Below, in pieces: positions 1 through 13,838 of a stretch of 64,000 nt of DNA (positions are counted from its first letter, which is position 1; every line of letters begins with the position of its first letter). The notes under the pieces are model-generated. The model was not told the origin of the DNA. It searched no databases and saw nothing but the letters and a program-made list of their open reading frames with translations. A program made the translations under genes and the position numbers. The DNA comes from Octopus bimaculoides (taxonomy: Eukaryota), in contig NC_068994.1 in the NCBI RefSeq assembly GCF_001194135.2, positions 2,905,482-2,969,481 of the forward strand, written 5' to 3'.

Positions 1-1195
1 TACACTTTTCAAAAGGCTTCACACACACACACACACACACATACATACATACATACATACATAATACAAATACATTATTGAAAGGCAATTTACAGCAGTA
101 TTTACCAAGAGATATTTCTTATAGACATGCTGTGTTTAAAAACACAATATATATTGGAGGGAGATGAAAGTCATCTTAGCAGTGGCTACAGAGAACATCT
201 GATGCATTGTGACCTAGTTGGGCCTTATCAATGACAAAGAGATGTTATTTCTGACAAAATAATGCAATAAATTGCCCTTCAATAATGTATTTACAATGAT
301 ATATTATCCATGTATGATACATAGATGGCTATTTTAATTTGATAAAACTTTTGTTACATATAACAGTTATATATATATATATATAATTACATGTATTTAT
401 TCTATCCTAATAAATAATAATAAGGATAGAGTGAACGGGTTAATAGAAACCAAGGTAGCAAAGATCACAAAATAAACGTGGTGTAATTCCTGTTGGTGAG
501 GCAGAAACTCCTTTATATTTTGGGTATNNNNNNNNNNAATAAAATAAACATCAACTACCTAGCACACAGGTACCTTTATCAAATTTACAATATTGTAAGC
601 TTTCAGATAAGGTCATTGGATTCCCTGTTCCAAGCTCATTTTTCCTACAGATATTGATCTGAAGACATTCAGGTCGGACATAATTTGCATTTATCTCATC
701 AGTCTGAGAGGTGCTTCAAAGTTCATAGATATGCCCCACCTCTTCTGACTAACACAAAAATGTTTGCATTATTACATGTGTGTGAGTGCATGTTAGCACT
801 ATCTATGTATGCATTTTAAAGCCCAAAAGCTATTCTCTCCCTAATAGAATTGGATTATTAACAGTGACACTTTATTTGCACCAAATTCATAACTTTTTTA
901 TCCTAACCATCAAACATCCACCTTATATTATTCACTTTATACAAGACATATTTTTATCATTTACTTTATTATCATTTATTCCAAAAGCTGCCTTAATGTT
1001 CTCCAGTGATATGCCTATAATGTAAAGTTATATATTTTTTCCGTAACAAACTAAACTTTAGTTAGCAGTAACACTGAAAAATAAATTATTTTATTTTCTA
1101 AAAGTATAGTATTGCAATATTAGTACTTTTTATAAAGAAAAATGCCCATAAATCTATTTCACATCAAATTATAAACCATGTTTATGTATTTTCAG

Positions 1196-1275
1196 AATAC
1201 AGCAACTATCGACCAAACATACCACCAACACCAAAGTGCACACAGGAACAAGAAACGTATTTAGAGCCTGTATAA
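1196..1275 (+). CDS. Terminal coding exon (exon 3) of an upstream protocadherin whose body lies outside the window
   Basis: ttcAG acceptor at 1194-1195, phase 1. Reads (E)YSNYRPNIPPTPKCTQEQETYLEPV*. Same 80-nt length and near-identical peptide to exons 10501-10580 and 22758-22837. Confidence 0.85.
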
Positions 1276-1360
1276 CATGCTAATTCACAATTGCTGAACT
1301 ATTATCTAATAATTTAATGACTTGCATAAAGTAATAATACATTTTTAAGCATATTATATA

Positions 1361-1403
<43 letters not shown>

Positions 1404-1637
1404 GCACATACATATATACACACACACACACACACACATACATACATACATACATACATAATACAAATACATTATTGAAAGGCAATTTACAGCAGTATTT
1501 ACCAAGAGATATTTCTTATAGACATGCTGTGTTTAAAAACACAATATATATTGGAGGGAGATGAAAGTCATCTTAGCAGTGGCTACAGAGAACATCTGAT
1601 GCATTGTGACCTAGTTGGGCCTTATCANNNNNNNNNN

Positions 1638-1836
1638 TTACAATTTATGCGATCCATAGGAATCAGCGATGTTAAAAATGTAAACTTCTCCTCAGGGAAA
1701 TGTATGGGAATCATCTTAAGATGATTCCCATACATTTCCCTGGGGAGAAGTTTACATTTTAAACTCCCATACATTTCCCTGAGGAGAAGTTTACATTTTT
1801 AACATCGCCGATTCCTATGGATCACATAAATTGTAA
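1638..1836. repeat. ~200-bp foldback palindrome next to an assembly gap
   Basis: 1638-1717 is the reverse complement of the right arm, centred on CTTAAG (1715-1720). The right arm carries an internal ~35-bp duplication and ends in ttgtaa at 1836. Confidence 0.85.
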
Positions 1837-3168
1837 TTCTTCGAAACATATGTCGGAATAAAGTATGCAGTTATAACATGCGTTTTCTCCATTCCTTAAT
1901 TTTTATATATATATATACACACATACATATTTGCATATACATACATATATATATTGATATATACATACATATATATTGATATGCACATACATGTACGTAC
2001 ACACACACACACACACATTCACATCCATTCGTAGATTCTTTCTAGCAAAGATTTATCATTCAAATGAACAGAAGAAAAATCATTGCTAGCTTTAGTGCAA
2101 GTTGTACAGATTTGATAATAACATAAATAACATACAATAATGTAAATCTTCCATATTTATATGCATTTTTATCATTAAAATTTATGTTAACTAAAAGCTA
2201 TAATAATTAGGTACGCTCCTACTAAGAGCTAAGTTTATGTTACCTAATATCAGTATTTAACTTTTGTCATATGATTAAAGTTTTATGCCCCTGCTAGAAT
2301 TGATTATAAGGATTCATATTAAATACCATTTACAGTAAAATAGAAATTTATTTGTGGCCAATATATTTGCCAACATGAGAATACTGCATGTGTTCTTTAT
2401 GGCTGAATGGTCAAGAAGATCCCTTCACTATCATAAGGTCTTAGGTACAGTGTTGCATCTTGGGTAGGTACCTTGTACCTTAGCCTTGCATCAACCCAAG
2501 TCTTGAGAGAAAGATTTAGTTGGCAAAAATTATGCAGAACACTATCAGATGGCTTATACTTATAATTTAAAGATCTAGTCTTATCACTCCATGACACACC
2601 ATGGTTTTTCTTAAAGGTTATGCTAAAGGGACATGTGTTGGTGGAATACTCAGCCCCTCAAAAATTCAAAGAACAAATTGTTCAGTTCATTCAAACTAGC
2701 AAAGTTTCATTTAATTACTTATGTATGAATGTATGTTTCTAAATAAATTAACCGAGAACAAAGCAACATTAGCATAATATATTGTAAAATTCTTAAACTT
2801 TTGTCAAAAACATATTTTTAAATTTGCAATTTTTAAATTATGTTTATTTTTAAAACATTTTACTAAATTCATTTGATAATGCAACAGTTATAAAAGCACA
2901 AAAAATACCAGAAAATAAAACAATTTCTCAACAAAATGATAAGCTAAAATTTGAATAATAAAATTAAATTTAAATAGTTCAAAACTCAATTATGTTATAT
3001 TAGTTTCAAGATATTTCGTAGAAGTTGATACTGAAAAACATTAATGTTTAAATTTCTTAACTTATAAACCAAGCAATATTGAAAAGAACTGGCTCTAACA
3101 CATTTATTATAAATGCATTTGCATGCATACAACCCAAACTTCTATCCAAAGGTTCTACTTCTTATCAT

Positions 3169-3297
3169 CTGACTCACAACTGCAGTTCATTAACATATAG
3201 CTAAGTGCACAACTACAGTAGCAGTTACACCGGAACACAACATCGAGATACATGTCACTACTTACATACTGTGGAAATGATGGATTAAACAATGAAG
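3169..3297 (+). promoter_or_regulatory. Putative promoter / non-coding leader exon L1 of Pcdh A
   Basis: CTGACTCACA (3169-3178), gcagttac, gagatacatgt and ggattaaacaATGAAG|gtaaat donor (GT 3298). Homologous to blocks ending at 11784, 14848, 24247 and 59912. Confidence 0.65.
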
Positions 3298-5149
3298 GTA
3301 AATTTCACTATTTTGTCTTTTCTTATTTTGTGGCAGTTTTGGTGAATAGCAATTGACTATCTAGATAAAAGAATATAAAAATCTAGCTGTAATTTCCACC
3401 ATTACTGGGAATAGCAGTCAGAGGAAGACATATTTCCATAGCAGTTAGAATAATTACAAGACAGCCATTAATTTTTCTAACAAGGCATATATTTAATTGA
3501 ATCTATGCTTTCTATATTACTTTAATATATTTATACATAATTCTGATGTTAAACTGGGTGGATTTAGTTATTAGGGAATAGTAAACAAGGTTGATCTGTT
3601 GTAATGTAACATTTGTACTAAATAAAAGTGTTAATTATTCTCTGTGTGTATATCTGCATATACATAATAATAAATTGGGGTAAATTTTAAATAAACAGGG
3701 GAAAATTTTAAGGAATCAATAAAATATCTCATTCTTTATCAAAATAAGTAAATACAAAATAAAAATAAAGAATTATTAAATCTACTTTCAGAAATGCACA
3801 TTATGAAAAACAAACTATAGTGTTATATGGTGCAATATTTATTTATAATGATAACTTCATGGCTACAATTTTGGAATAGAATCTCTTTTGATGCAATTAT
3901 TTAAATAACTAATAATACCCTCATTTTTTTAGTTAATTATATCACTTGTTTATAGACCATGCCTGTTGTAAAAATATACAAATAGAAAATGTCTCACTTA
4001 GCAGCATCCACCTATTATATATGATACTGTAATTTATATTGATATGTTTAAGATGAATAAAAGACATGTACATAAGTCTACATTAATTTTGAGAAGATTA
4101 TGACTGCAAGAAAATTTTGTGACTTATCTTCGTTGAGTTCTGACTTTGATGTAGTCATGTACATTCTTGTCATAAGAAAGTAAACTTTACAACTAGAAAC
4201 CTACAGAAAGTAAGCTAAACAGCTATGTATATTATAATACTTTTAAAATGACATAAGAATGATTCAAATATAACATGCACAATTGGAGAAAATTTTTTTA
4301 ATTATTTATATATACTATCCATTTCCTTAAGCAATGTTTTTATAACACTGCACATGCATAAAATGACCAAAATATTTAATTATTTTATTTGATATGTAAA
4401 CATGGCAGTTTCAGAAATTAAAGTCATTCTATAAGATAACCACAAGGCTATAGTGTATCCAGGCTTTTTGAGGTATTTAAGAAATTGAGAGTAGTGGATG
4501 GTAGTTCATTGCAGAGTTAACTTCCAGTTGCCACTGGCTCTCTTTTCTGCTGAGTGAACGGGAGCAATGTGAAATGAAGCGCTTTGCTCAAGGACACGAC
4601 ATGCAACCCAGTTCAAAAATTGTACTTATGACCAAATGAGCATGAAATTAATATGTAAATCACAAGGGTATGTGCTTTCACATACTGATATGTGGAACAA
4701 TGGAGAAAAAGACATCCACTCAACCATTATACAACATATAAATGTATGCAGTTTATATCCTATCAAAGTCATCATAGTGTGTCCATGACAAAGACTCTTG
4801 TACTGTAAAGCAAGAACAACTCATAGCTTTAACCATTGGTTGTTCTGTAAACTAGATCAGTGGTCATAGCTTGCATTGCTGATTTCAACTCCTTCTGAAG
4901 GCACCAGAGAATCCATTCCAGTACTTATTAAAATTAGGGACTCCAATCATATCAACCCATTTTGGACAAAAGATGTGATTATGACTTGCATATAATGGCA
5001 ACTGGGCAACATTCCATTCCATATTTAACTTGTCTTTCAAAAACATCAGCTACTAGATGAATACCTTTCTTAGCCACTACAACTTGGAGTTGTTAAACTT
5101 CTAGAAGAACAGCTCAAGTTCTTCAATGCACTCTAGAAAAATACCAAAA

Positions 5150-5990
5150 GAACTTACTTGTCCCAATACAAAATTATTTTTACTATTGTTATTCCATCAT
5201 TTTTCCCATTACTTTCTCCTACTGCTGCTAATTTTATTCCAAAACCTCCACCTTCTATTCCATCTTCCAAATTTACGAACCTAACAATCTTACTCACCCT
5301 ATTATATCCACTTATAGTTGTTCTAATTCAAATTCTCTCAAAACATCTAAAAAATCTTATATCAGCTTTTGTTTCCTGTCCATCCCCCAACATCACAAAC
5401 ACTAATCACACCATCAGTTTTTCATCTATTCTTCTTTCGAACTTCTCTTCATTCATCATGATTATGACCATCATCATCGTCATTTAACGTCTCCTTTCCA
5501 TGCTGGCATGGGCTTGGATGGTTTAACTGAGGACTGGCAAGCCAGGAGGTTGCACCAGGCTCCAATTTGATTTGGCAAGGTTTCTATAGCTGGATGCCCT
5601 TCATAACACCAGTGACTCCAAGAGTGTATTGGGTACTTTTTACGTGCCACCAGCATGGGAGCCATTCAGGGAGCATTGGCATCGACCATGCTCAAATGGT
5701 GCTTTTTACATGCCACTGGCAGCACTAGCATCGGTATTAAATCCCTATTACTTTCATCCTTACAATGATAACCTGTCAAACTTACAAAACATCTTTGATA
5801 CCTGCTCAGCTCTCATACCCAGCACCATCACTTCCCACTTACATTTTTCATTAATAATCTCAATGCTGCACAAGAATTTAACCTCACTACTTTGGACATT
5901 TTCGTCAGTTTCCGTGATACCTCTGTCACAGTCAATAGCATCTTCATTTCCATTTCTGCATCTTAAACATTCTTAAAATCAATGAGGGAA
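5150..5990 (-). mobile_element. Highly degenerate RTE-like LINE fragment, interrupted by a (CAT)n-tailed RTE 3'-end copy at ~5470-5740
   Basis: Minus strand gives weak RT C-terminal-like residues. The 5470-5740 insert matches 12000-12300, 17200-17350 and 57065-57217. Confidence 0.4.
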
Positions 5991-6570
5991 TCACAACATG
6001 GTTATTCATTCTAGACCTAGCAGCCAAATCTACACTAAAATACTTCCTACAGTCTTAAAGCTTACTGTAGATAATGTAATCCAGAGTACTGTATTCCTAA
6101 ATAAATTAAAAAATAGATAGTCATGGCTTGAATGCCTTCATCACAGATTTGCTTGTTCAAAGCCATCTTAGAGCTAAAGAATAACAACAAATCCAGATAT
6201 TCACTCCTACATCTATTGAATTTTCTTCTCATCTCACTTCACACCCAAATTCCCCCATTTGTCTTATATAGGTTTAGTGATTTAGTAGTAAGTACTCAAA
6301 AGTATGTTTGTATAACAAGACTTTTATGTTATAATTTATACCATATAATTATTTGATTGAAAATATACTCTGTTGCCATTTGTTGGCAAAACAATTCATT
6401 TCATTTCATACATGCAGTGATTAACAAATAAAAAGAATATATTTGAAATGATTTTTCTACACCAACAAGTATCTTCAATCTATAAAACACATAATAATGA
6501 TACTGCTTATTTTATGTAATTTTAAAGTCATTCTTTTCTTATTTTCAGGTATTGTTAATTTTGAAAATAA

Positions 6571-8979
6571 ATGAAAAACAAAGAAATGACAAGGACAAGT
6601 TTGCTGGTATGTATTTTATACCAAGTACTGTCTCTCATTGTCTCAATAGACATCATTTACCATGTCAATGAAGAAGGCGCTCCTCAAACCTATATAGGAG
6701 ACATTGCTATTGACTCAAACTTATCACACCCTCTTACACATCGTCAGGATACTCTCATTACATTTACACAACTACGAAGGAAAGTGGCTAGTGGTTCTCA
6801 ATTATTCAATGTCACCAACTCTGGGAAACTATACACTACACAAACATTGGATACTGAGTCTTTGTGTACATACAACAAAGAATGTTTTAAAATTGTTAAA
6901 GTTGCAGTGAGGAAAGCAGAAACATTTATTACGGTTTTAAGGATAAAAGTCATCATAGAAGACATTAATGATCATCAACCAGAGTTCCCAGAGGATCTAA
7001 TTAAAATAGAATTTGGTGAAACTGATGCAAAAGGATCGACAAAATCAATACCAAATGCTGTGGATAAAGACATTGGTCTTCTTAATTCTAAGATCACATA
7101 TACACTCAAAGACAAAAGTAAGAAATTCTCATTATCTATATCTAATGAATTTGATGGAATGAATATATTGGAAATTATACTTGAAGAAAAATTAGACAGA
7201 GAATTAAAAGACACATACATGTTACAGTTGCTTGCAAAAGATAGTGGCTCCCCACCAAAACAAGGTATTCTGAACATAGAAATCTCTGTTACAGATGTCA
7301 ATGATAACAGACCTATGTTTTCTCAACAAACATACAATATTTCTATCAGTGATACACATCATATCACCTCTCCTGTTTTTGTTTTATCAGCAACAGATTT
7401 AGATTCTGGTCAAAATGGTGACATCACTTATAACTTTCACCAAAAAACAAGGCCTTACATTAAAACAAATTTCAAACTGAAACCAAATGGAGAGATCCTT
7501 CTAAATGAGAATTTTTACAGAAATAAGCAGCAAATATATAAATTATATATTGAAGCAAAAGATAAAGGAAGACCATCTTTAAGTTCTACTGCCACACTAA
7601 TTATCAATGTAATAAGCAATCAAAATAATGCTCCAATTATAGATATAGATTTTGTATCCCCTTTAACAGAGAGTTCTACAGCTATTTCAGAAGCAAGTAA
7701 AATTGGGAGTTTTATAGCTTATGTTATGGTCACTGACACTGATAGTGGACCTAATGGACAAATTAAATGCAATATTCATCATAAAATGTTCCAGCTTTCT
7801 CATATGAGTTCTAAAGAATATAAAATATTGGTCAAAGAACCTCTTGACAGAGAAATTAAAGACCACTATGGCGTTTCTATTGAATGTCATGACTTGGGAT
7901 CACCTCCATTAAAGACTAAGAAACAGTTCTCTGTCAAAGTAACTGATGTCAACGATGTAGAACCACATTTTACCAAAGAGACATTCCAATTCCTCACCTA
8001 TGAAAACCAGAAAGTTGACTTCCCTATTGGCTTCATCAATGCTACAGACCCTGATCTTGGAGATGGAGGTCAACTTACATATTCTATCATCAATGATAAC
8101 AACAATCATAACATTCCTTTCCAACTGACAAAATATGGATTTATTTCTACATCACAATCAATAGATCGAGAAGTGAAGGACATCTATAATTTACAGGTTT
8201 TAGTCAAAGACAATGGAATACCTTCTCTGAATAATACTGCCAATATTCTTATAGAGATTCTAGATAAAAATGATAATGCTCCATATTTTATCTTTCCTAA
8301 AAATGACCCTTACAATCTAGATGTCCACTACCATCCACACAGTAAGAAGGACATCACAATTCTGAAAGCATCTGACAAAGACACTGGAAACAATGCTTTC
8401 CTCACATATGGAATACTGAGATCCAATGATAAAAACCTGTTTACAGTGAACTCACACACTGGTGTGTTATCTTTCTCTCGCACAGTTTACCAAAATGATG
8501 CAGGAACATATGAGCTGCAGTTTATAGTGAAAGACGGTGGTACTCCAGTTCAATCAGCAACAACTGCTATCATACTAACACTGTTTGTTAGTAATGATAC
8601 ATCTCCAATGTTGACTGCTGTCCACTCAAAGTCTGGTAACAACCTTAATATGACTTGGATAATTATCATTGTAGCAGCAGCTGTAATACTGTCTGTGGCT
8701 ATTGTAGTGTCAATAACACTATGTGTTTTCAGATGTATCAATCACATTAATAATTCATCTACAACAACTGATAATCCAAAATTTCTTTCAAGGACTGAAA
8801 TGAGGCAAATATTGTATCAGACTAATAATCCTGTTGCAATAACTAGAAATGCAGAAGACATATTTAACAGAAATCTTCAATCAATAAACCCAAAATGCTC
8901 TTATTACTCAGACATGAAGCAGTCAGCTAATGAATGGAAATTCTCAACTACCCCCAGAAAATTACCACCAGTCCCAATG
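6571..8979 (+). CDS. Protocadherin A, large exon: signal peptide, EC1-EC6, TM, proximal cytoplasmic tail
   Basis: ORF with cadherin motifs (DINDHQPEF, LDRE, DVNDNRP, DVNDVEP, DKNDNAP), EC1 C-x5-C (LCTYNKEC) and TM WIIIIVAAAVILSVAIVVSITLCVF. Acceptor ttttcAG at 6547-6548; phase-0 donor ATG|gtatgt at 8980. The homologous start may be ATG 6586. Confidence 0.95.
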
Positions 8980-10001
8980 GTATGTATTCTTGTTAAAATA
9001 AACTGTTTATGAAGTTATCTTTACAAAGAGGAGTAAGGTTTTTTGATATTGTTTAAGCACATGTCAACCCTGATGGGAACAGACAAATCTGTGGTCAAAG
9101 TCAAGACCTTCTCATCTTTTTTGCATGGTATATTCAGGATCGAAGTGTTCAGTTCCTAAAAGAATGTGATGTAATTTGAAGGAGGGTTTACTTGCTATTT
9201 CTAGCTGGTCAAGCAACCCTATATCCAGGTTACGATGTAGATTATGCATATAGGAGATTGTAATAATTTAAAGTGAGGTAATCCATTAGAAGTGAGATTT
9301 TGGTACTGCTTGTCATTAAGAAAAGTAAATATGTAACCCCAATGTTGACTTTGAAGTATATGGTACTATGCCAAGGAAATAATAATAATATGTGAAATTC
9401 AGTCTCTCTTATAAAGACAAAACAGTAGTTAGAATTCATACTTTTAGCTCTAATGTCTGTATGTATTTATAATTTTAAATGACCGAACTCTTATAGCTAT
9501 GATAGTGTTACTATACTTCAGAATGTGATGTGCACCATTGGTAACATTTCAAAATGAATCTTTGATTCATTACTATAAAACAGAACAATATCTTAGCTTG
9601 ATTTTGGTTCTATAACTTTAAAAGTCTTCTATTAGTTTTAATTTAGGTATTCAATTGAGGTCCAGAAAATTCATGCCAACAATATATTGAGCAAAGACTT
9701 AAATTTTTAAGGAAGGCTTCCAGTGCACATGCAGATTTGTAGAGAAATAATGAAATGATTATTAATATAATATGAAATAATAAGGTGGTGAGCTAGCAGA
9801 ATCATTAGCATACCAGGCAAAATTCTTAGCAGCATTTTGTCCATTTTTATGTTCTGAGTTCAAATTATTTCGATAATTAAAAATATTCTCACCCTGATAA
9901 ACTGGATTGAGCTGAATATCAAAGATTAATATTAATTGTATGTTATACATTATGAATGTAATACTTTCAATTTATATTATTTTCTTTTCTTTTTTTTTTA
10001 G

Positions 10002-10161
10002 CATTGTAATGAGGATGAGACAATGAGTTCATCTGAACAAAAATGTTATAACAGCAGTATTATGACATCAAATAACCTGAATGATACATTATCTTCTCAT
10101 AAAGAACGGAAATGTGGTTGGAGTGATGGAGACATTACACATCAAACATCTGGAGCATCAG
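10002..10161 (+). CDS. Protocadherin A exon 2 (cytoplasmic)
   Basis: Poly-T AG acceptor, 160 nt, open in phase 0 (HCNEDETMSSSEQKC...QTSGAS), TCAG|gtaaat donor. Paralogous to 22284-22443. Confidence 0.85.
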
Positions 10162-10500
10162 GTAAATACAAAATAAATCATAAAATTGCAACAAGAATGT
10201 TAATGACATGGGAAAATGAATATCATAAGGAAATTGTTGTTTTTTTATAATGGAGAGTGAAATGTAGTATTCTGACCCATGTAGGGCAGTAACCCTGAAT
10301 AAGAACTAATGTAGATCGTAATGACACATCCAATTTATGCCAGCATTGAAAGAGGTTGAAAATGATAAGAGAACTTCATAGAATTATTATTTTCACAGGA
10401 ACAGAAAAATCATACACAATTAGTAGCTTCTCTAAAATTTTTATACATACATGTATCTTTCTCAACCCTGATCATTAGTAATTTTCATATACTTTTTCAG

Positions 10501-10580
10501 AATATGGCAACTACCGACCAAATATACTCCCGACCCCAAAGACTGTACAAGAGCAAGAAACGTATCTGGAGCCAGTATAA
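10501..10580 (+). CDS. Protocadherin A exon 3 (terminal)
   Basis: tttttcAG acceptor, phase 1. Reads (E)YGNYRPNILPTPKTVQEQETYLEPV*. Confidence 0.85.
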
Positions 10581-10974
10581 TGCAAACACAGTAACATCAG
10601 ATTTACTTTTTAATAACCAAAGAATCAACCCCTCAAATAATTCAATAGTGTATTAATAACATTCCATATAGCACTGTTTTCAATTAATCTTTTATTGAAA
10701 ACTCTTTAACAAATACTGAAGTTATAATTTTCCAATGAAGGTCATAGGGCTGATGCTAATTTTGGTGAGGTTTTCACTACTTTTTATTAAGTAAAGTATT
10801 TTTAGTATTAGCATTATATTATACATTGATAATACTAATAGATTTCAGTAGAGCTATATTGTGATGAATGAAAATAACTGCAGCAACTCTTTTCTTGAAA
10901 CTGGAATACAAGTATCCTGAGACAAGGTACATAACTCTTCTAGAGCTTCAAATACTGAAGCAGTATGCCGTCTT

Positions 10975-11110
10975 TACATTCTGAGTTTAAATTCCGCCAA
11001 GGTCGACTTTGCCTTTCATCCTTTCATCTTTTGTGTACTGGGGTCGATGTAATCGACTGACCCCCTCCCTAAAAATTTCGGGCCTTGTGCCTAGAGTAGA
11101 AAAGAATATA
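10975..11110 (+). mobile_element. tRNA-derived SINE fragment (family with gactttgcctttcatcc core)
   Basis: B-box-like gagtttaaattccgcc, followed by a body shared with ~13292, 23048, 30535, 30700, 55400 (minus) and 61630. Confidence 0.65.
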
Positions 11111-11694
11111 TATTTTCCTTTGATGACATTTTACCTGTCAAGAGCAAAACATGACTTTCTGCATATATATATATATATATATTCTTCCATTTGACAGCAT
11201 GAATTTCCACATTTTCAAACAGACTTCAAACTAAGAAGATAATGCCTAAATATGGCACTAAAATAAAATGACAAAAAATCATAGAATCAAGCTCAATGAT
11301 TTTAAAACTATGGACATAATAATTTTTTACATGAGAATTATAGAAGGCAATCTTTATATAAACATAGATGAGTAGATATGCCTCTAGCAAAGATATTGGT
11401 AAAGTAAAGGAAAATGAATCTACACTATTCTTCTTCTTAACATTAAAATTATCTTTCAAATATAGCATTTTATCTAAATATCATTGCATTTATTTATTAT
11501 TGTATAGGTTTTGTTGGAAGAAATGTTAATGTATCAAATGTATCTAGCCTTATTACAAATGAGATATGAAAAGCAATCCCAAATACACATAACCACACAT
11601 ACATTCACATATTAAATATATTTTAAAAACATTTTAAATACATTTATGAATTCACATTTCATTGGAACTCATTTTTGAAATATGACTGCAATTT

Positions 11695-11784
11695 GTGAAC
11701 AACAGCAGCAGTTACAGAAGAAGACTCCTACGAGATACATGTTTTTCTTCTTTTACGACAACAACAAAAGATTAAACAATGAAG
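11695..11784 (+). promoter_or_regulatory. Orphan leader exon L2
   Basis: gcagttac, cgagatacatgt and gattaaacaATGAAG|gtaaat match L1. The CTGACTCACA motif is not recognisable. Confidence 0.6.
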
Positions 11785-11965
11785 GTAAATCTATTTTTAT
11801 ATATATACTGTCTTTTCTCATCTCAGATAATCTTTGGAGAGCAAAGTTCTTTTCATAGCTTTTAAAACAGGATAATAGCTAAAACATTTCTCATACACAC
11901 ACACACATATATGAACATGAACAAATATATTTATTCATACAAATATATATATATATATATATATA

Positions 11966-12810
11966 TCATCATCATCATCATCATCATCATCACCATCATC
12001 ATCATTTAACGTTCATTTTCCATGCTGGCTGGGGTTGGGCAGTGTGACTGAGGACTGACAAGCCAATAAGCTGCACCAGGCTCCAATCTGATCTGGCAAG
12101 GTTTCTACAGCTGGATGCCTTCCCTAATGCCAACCACTCCAAGAGTGCAGTGGGTGCTTTTTATGTGCCACCAGAACAGGAGCTGGTCAGGTAGCACTGG
12201 CATCAACCACATTCAGATGGTGCTTTTTACATGCCACCAGCACATCAGCCAGTTGGGAGGCACTGGCATTGATCACATTTGGATGGTCCTTTTTACATGC
12301 CACTGGCATGGACAGCTAGTCAGGCAGCACTGGCATCGACTCATGCTTGAATGGTGCTTATTATGTGCCACCAGCATAGTGCCAGTCAGGCAGCAGCATC
12401 ACTGGCATTGGCCACAACTACGATTTCAATTTTGATTTCGATTTTACTTGATTCAATAGGTCTTGTCAAGTGTAGCATATTGCCCAACGATTCAAGGGTA
12501 CTTTTAAACGGGCTGATTACGCAACAGTGGTATCAGCCATGGCTGTGATCTCACTTTACTTACCAGGTCTTCTCAATCACAGCATATCTCCAAAGGTCTC
12601 TCATTGCCTCTATGAGGCTCAACATTCAAAGGTCATGCTTCACCACCTCACCCCATGTCTTCCTGGGTTTCCCTCTTCCACAGGTTCCTTCCACTGTTAG
12701 GATGTGACACTTCTTCATACAGCTCTCCTCATCCATATGTAGCACATGACCATACCAGTGCAGACATCTCTCTTGCATACTACATCTGATGCTTCTTATG
12801 TCCCTGTACA
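11966..12810 (-). mobile_element. RTE-clade LINE 3' fragment with (CAT)n tail
   Basis: Minus ORF ...LHWYGHVLHMDEESCMKKC...RGKPRKTWGEVVKHDL is the typical RTE ORF C-terminus. It is followed by a 3' UTR with internal repeats and a trinucleotide tail. Confidence 0.8.
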
Positions 12811-12882
12811 TGGCTCGCACAGCTCTCACTGTATTTATAATCATAAGTACAACATCCTAACCACTAAACTACACACCTCCAC

Positions 12883-12972
12883 CATACATACATACATACA
12901 TACATACATACATACATACATACATACATACATACATACATACATACATACATACATACATACATACATACA
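12883..12972. repeat. (TACA)n microsatellite
   Basis: Direct tetranucleotide array; it explains the spurious HTYI/YVCM ORFs. Confidence 0.95.
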
Positions 12973-13838
12973 TGCATGCATACATACATATATACATATA
13001 GATAAATATGGATGCATACATATATACAGATGCATATGCATGCATACATATAAACAGATGCATATTTTTTTATGGCTGGGCTCCAATGCAGGCCATTGCA
13101 ACAAAGTTCACCTACCACACTTCTCAATCCAGCATCACTGCCTCAAGATCCTGGATATAATCCAGTCCAGTGTCTGCGATCAAGTTGTCAAAGTAAGTGT
13201 GACACCATTTTTCTCTTTTTACATCAAATTTCATATTATTTCTTTTTCTTTGAATTATGATTTTATTATTATTATTATCATCATCATCATAAGGTGGTAA
13301 GCTGGCAGAATCATTAGCACAAGTTCAAATTCTGCCATGGTCAACTTTGCCTTTCATTCTTTCAGGGTCAATAAAATAAAGGACCAATCAAGTACTGGAG
13401 TCAATAAAATCATCTTGCCCCTCCTCCTAAAATTATATATTATAATATTTATTCTTGGCTGTTTTTCATGTTAAGTATTTAATATGAACCATATGTTAAC
13501 AAGATCGCTATCATCTTTGGAAATGAGTATTCATTCGTTCTATCAACTAAACTACCAGAAAATTGAATTAGCACGTAAATGATCGAATATTCCACAGACA
13601 TGTGTGCCCTTGACATAGCCCTCAGGCAAATATCAATGTGACAGTGTGTAACACAAACTGGAACTTTGTATCATAAGTATAATCAATCCAATGGGTTTCT
13701 TCACATTTTCCATTGACCACCTGCCCAAGAGTAATACTGTTGTAATGAATCTTGAGTTATTATTGCATAGTGAACCATTGTCCATATAAAAACATTTCAA
13801 GTAATTTTTTTTTCATCTTATCTGTGTATTTTTTACAG

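Noticed and set aside
21-229. ~210-bp block identical to ~1420-1627
   Set aside because: The second copy ends exactly at an N gap and both start in a (CA)n/(TACA)n microsatellite. Most likely a contig overlap or misjoin, not a biological duplication.
6975-8741. Antisense and alternative-frame ORFs inside the Pcdh exons, repeated in each paralog
   Set aside because: Shadows of the cadherin coding frame. They recur only because the DNA is homogenised.
8980-9012. ORF extension past the exon-1 donor (also 20659-20694, 38823-38858, 57873-57896) as short-tail isoforms
   Set aside because: Extensions are unconserved among paralogs and begin at a conserved GT donor, so they are read-through into introns. 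No evidence of intron retention.
12746-13300. 184-aa ORF and overlapping minus-strand ORFs with HTYI/YVCM repeats (also 1314-1564)
   Set aside because: Translations of (TACA)n and (TA)n microsatellites.
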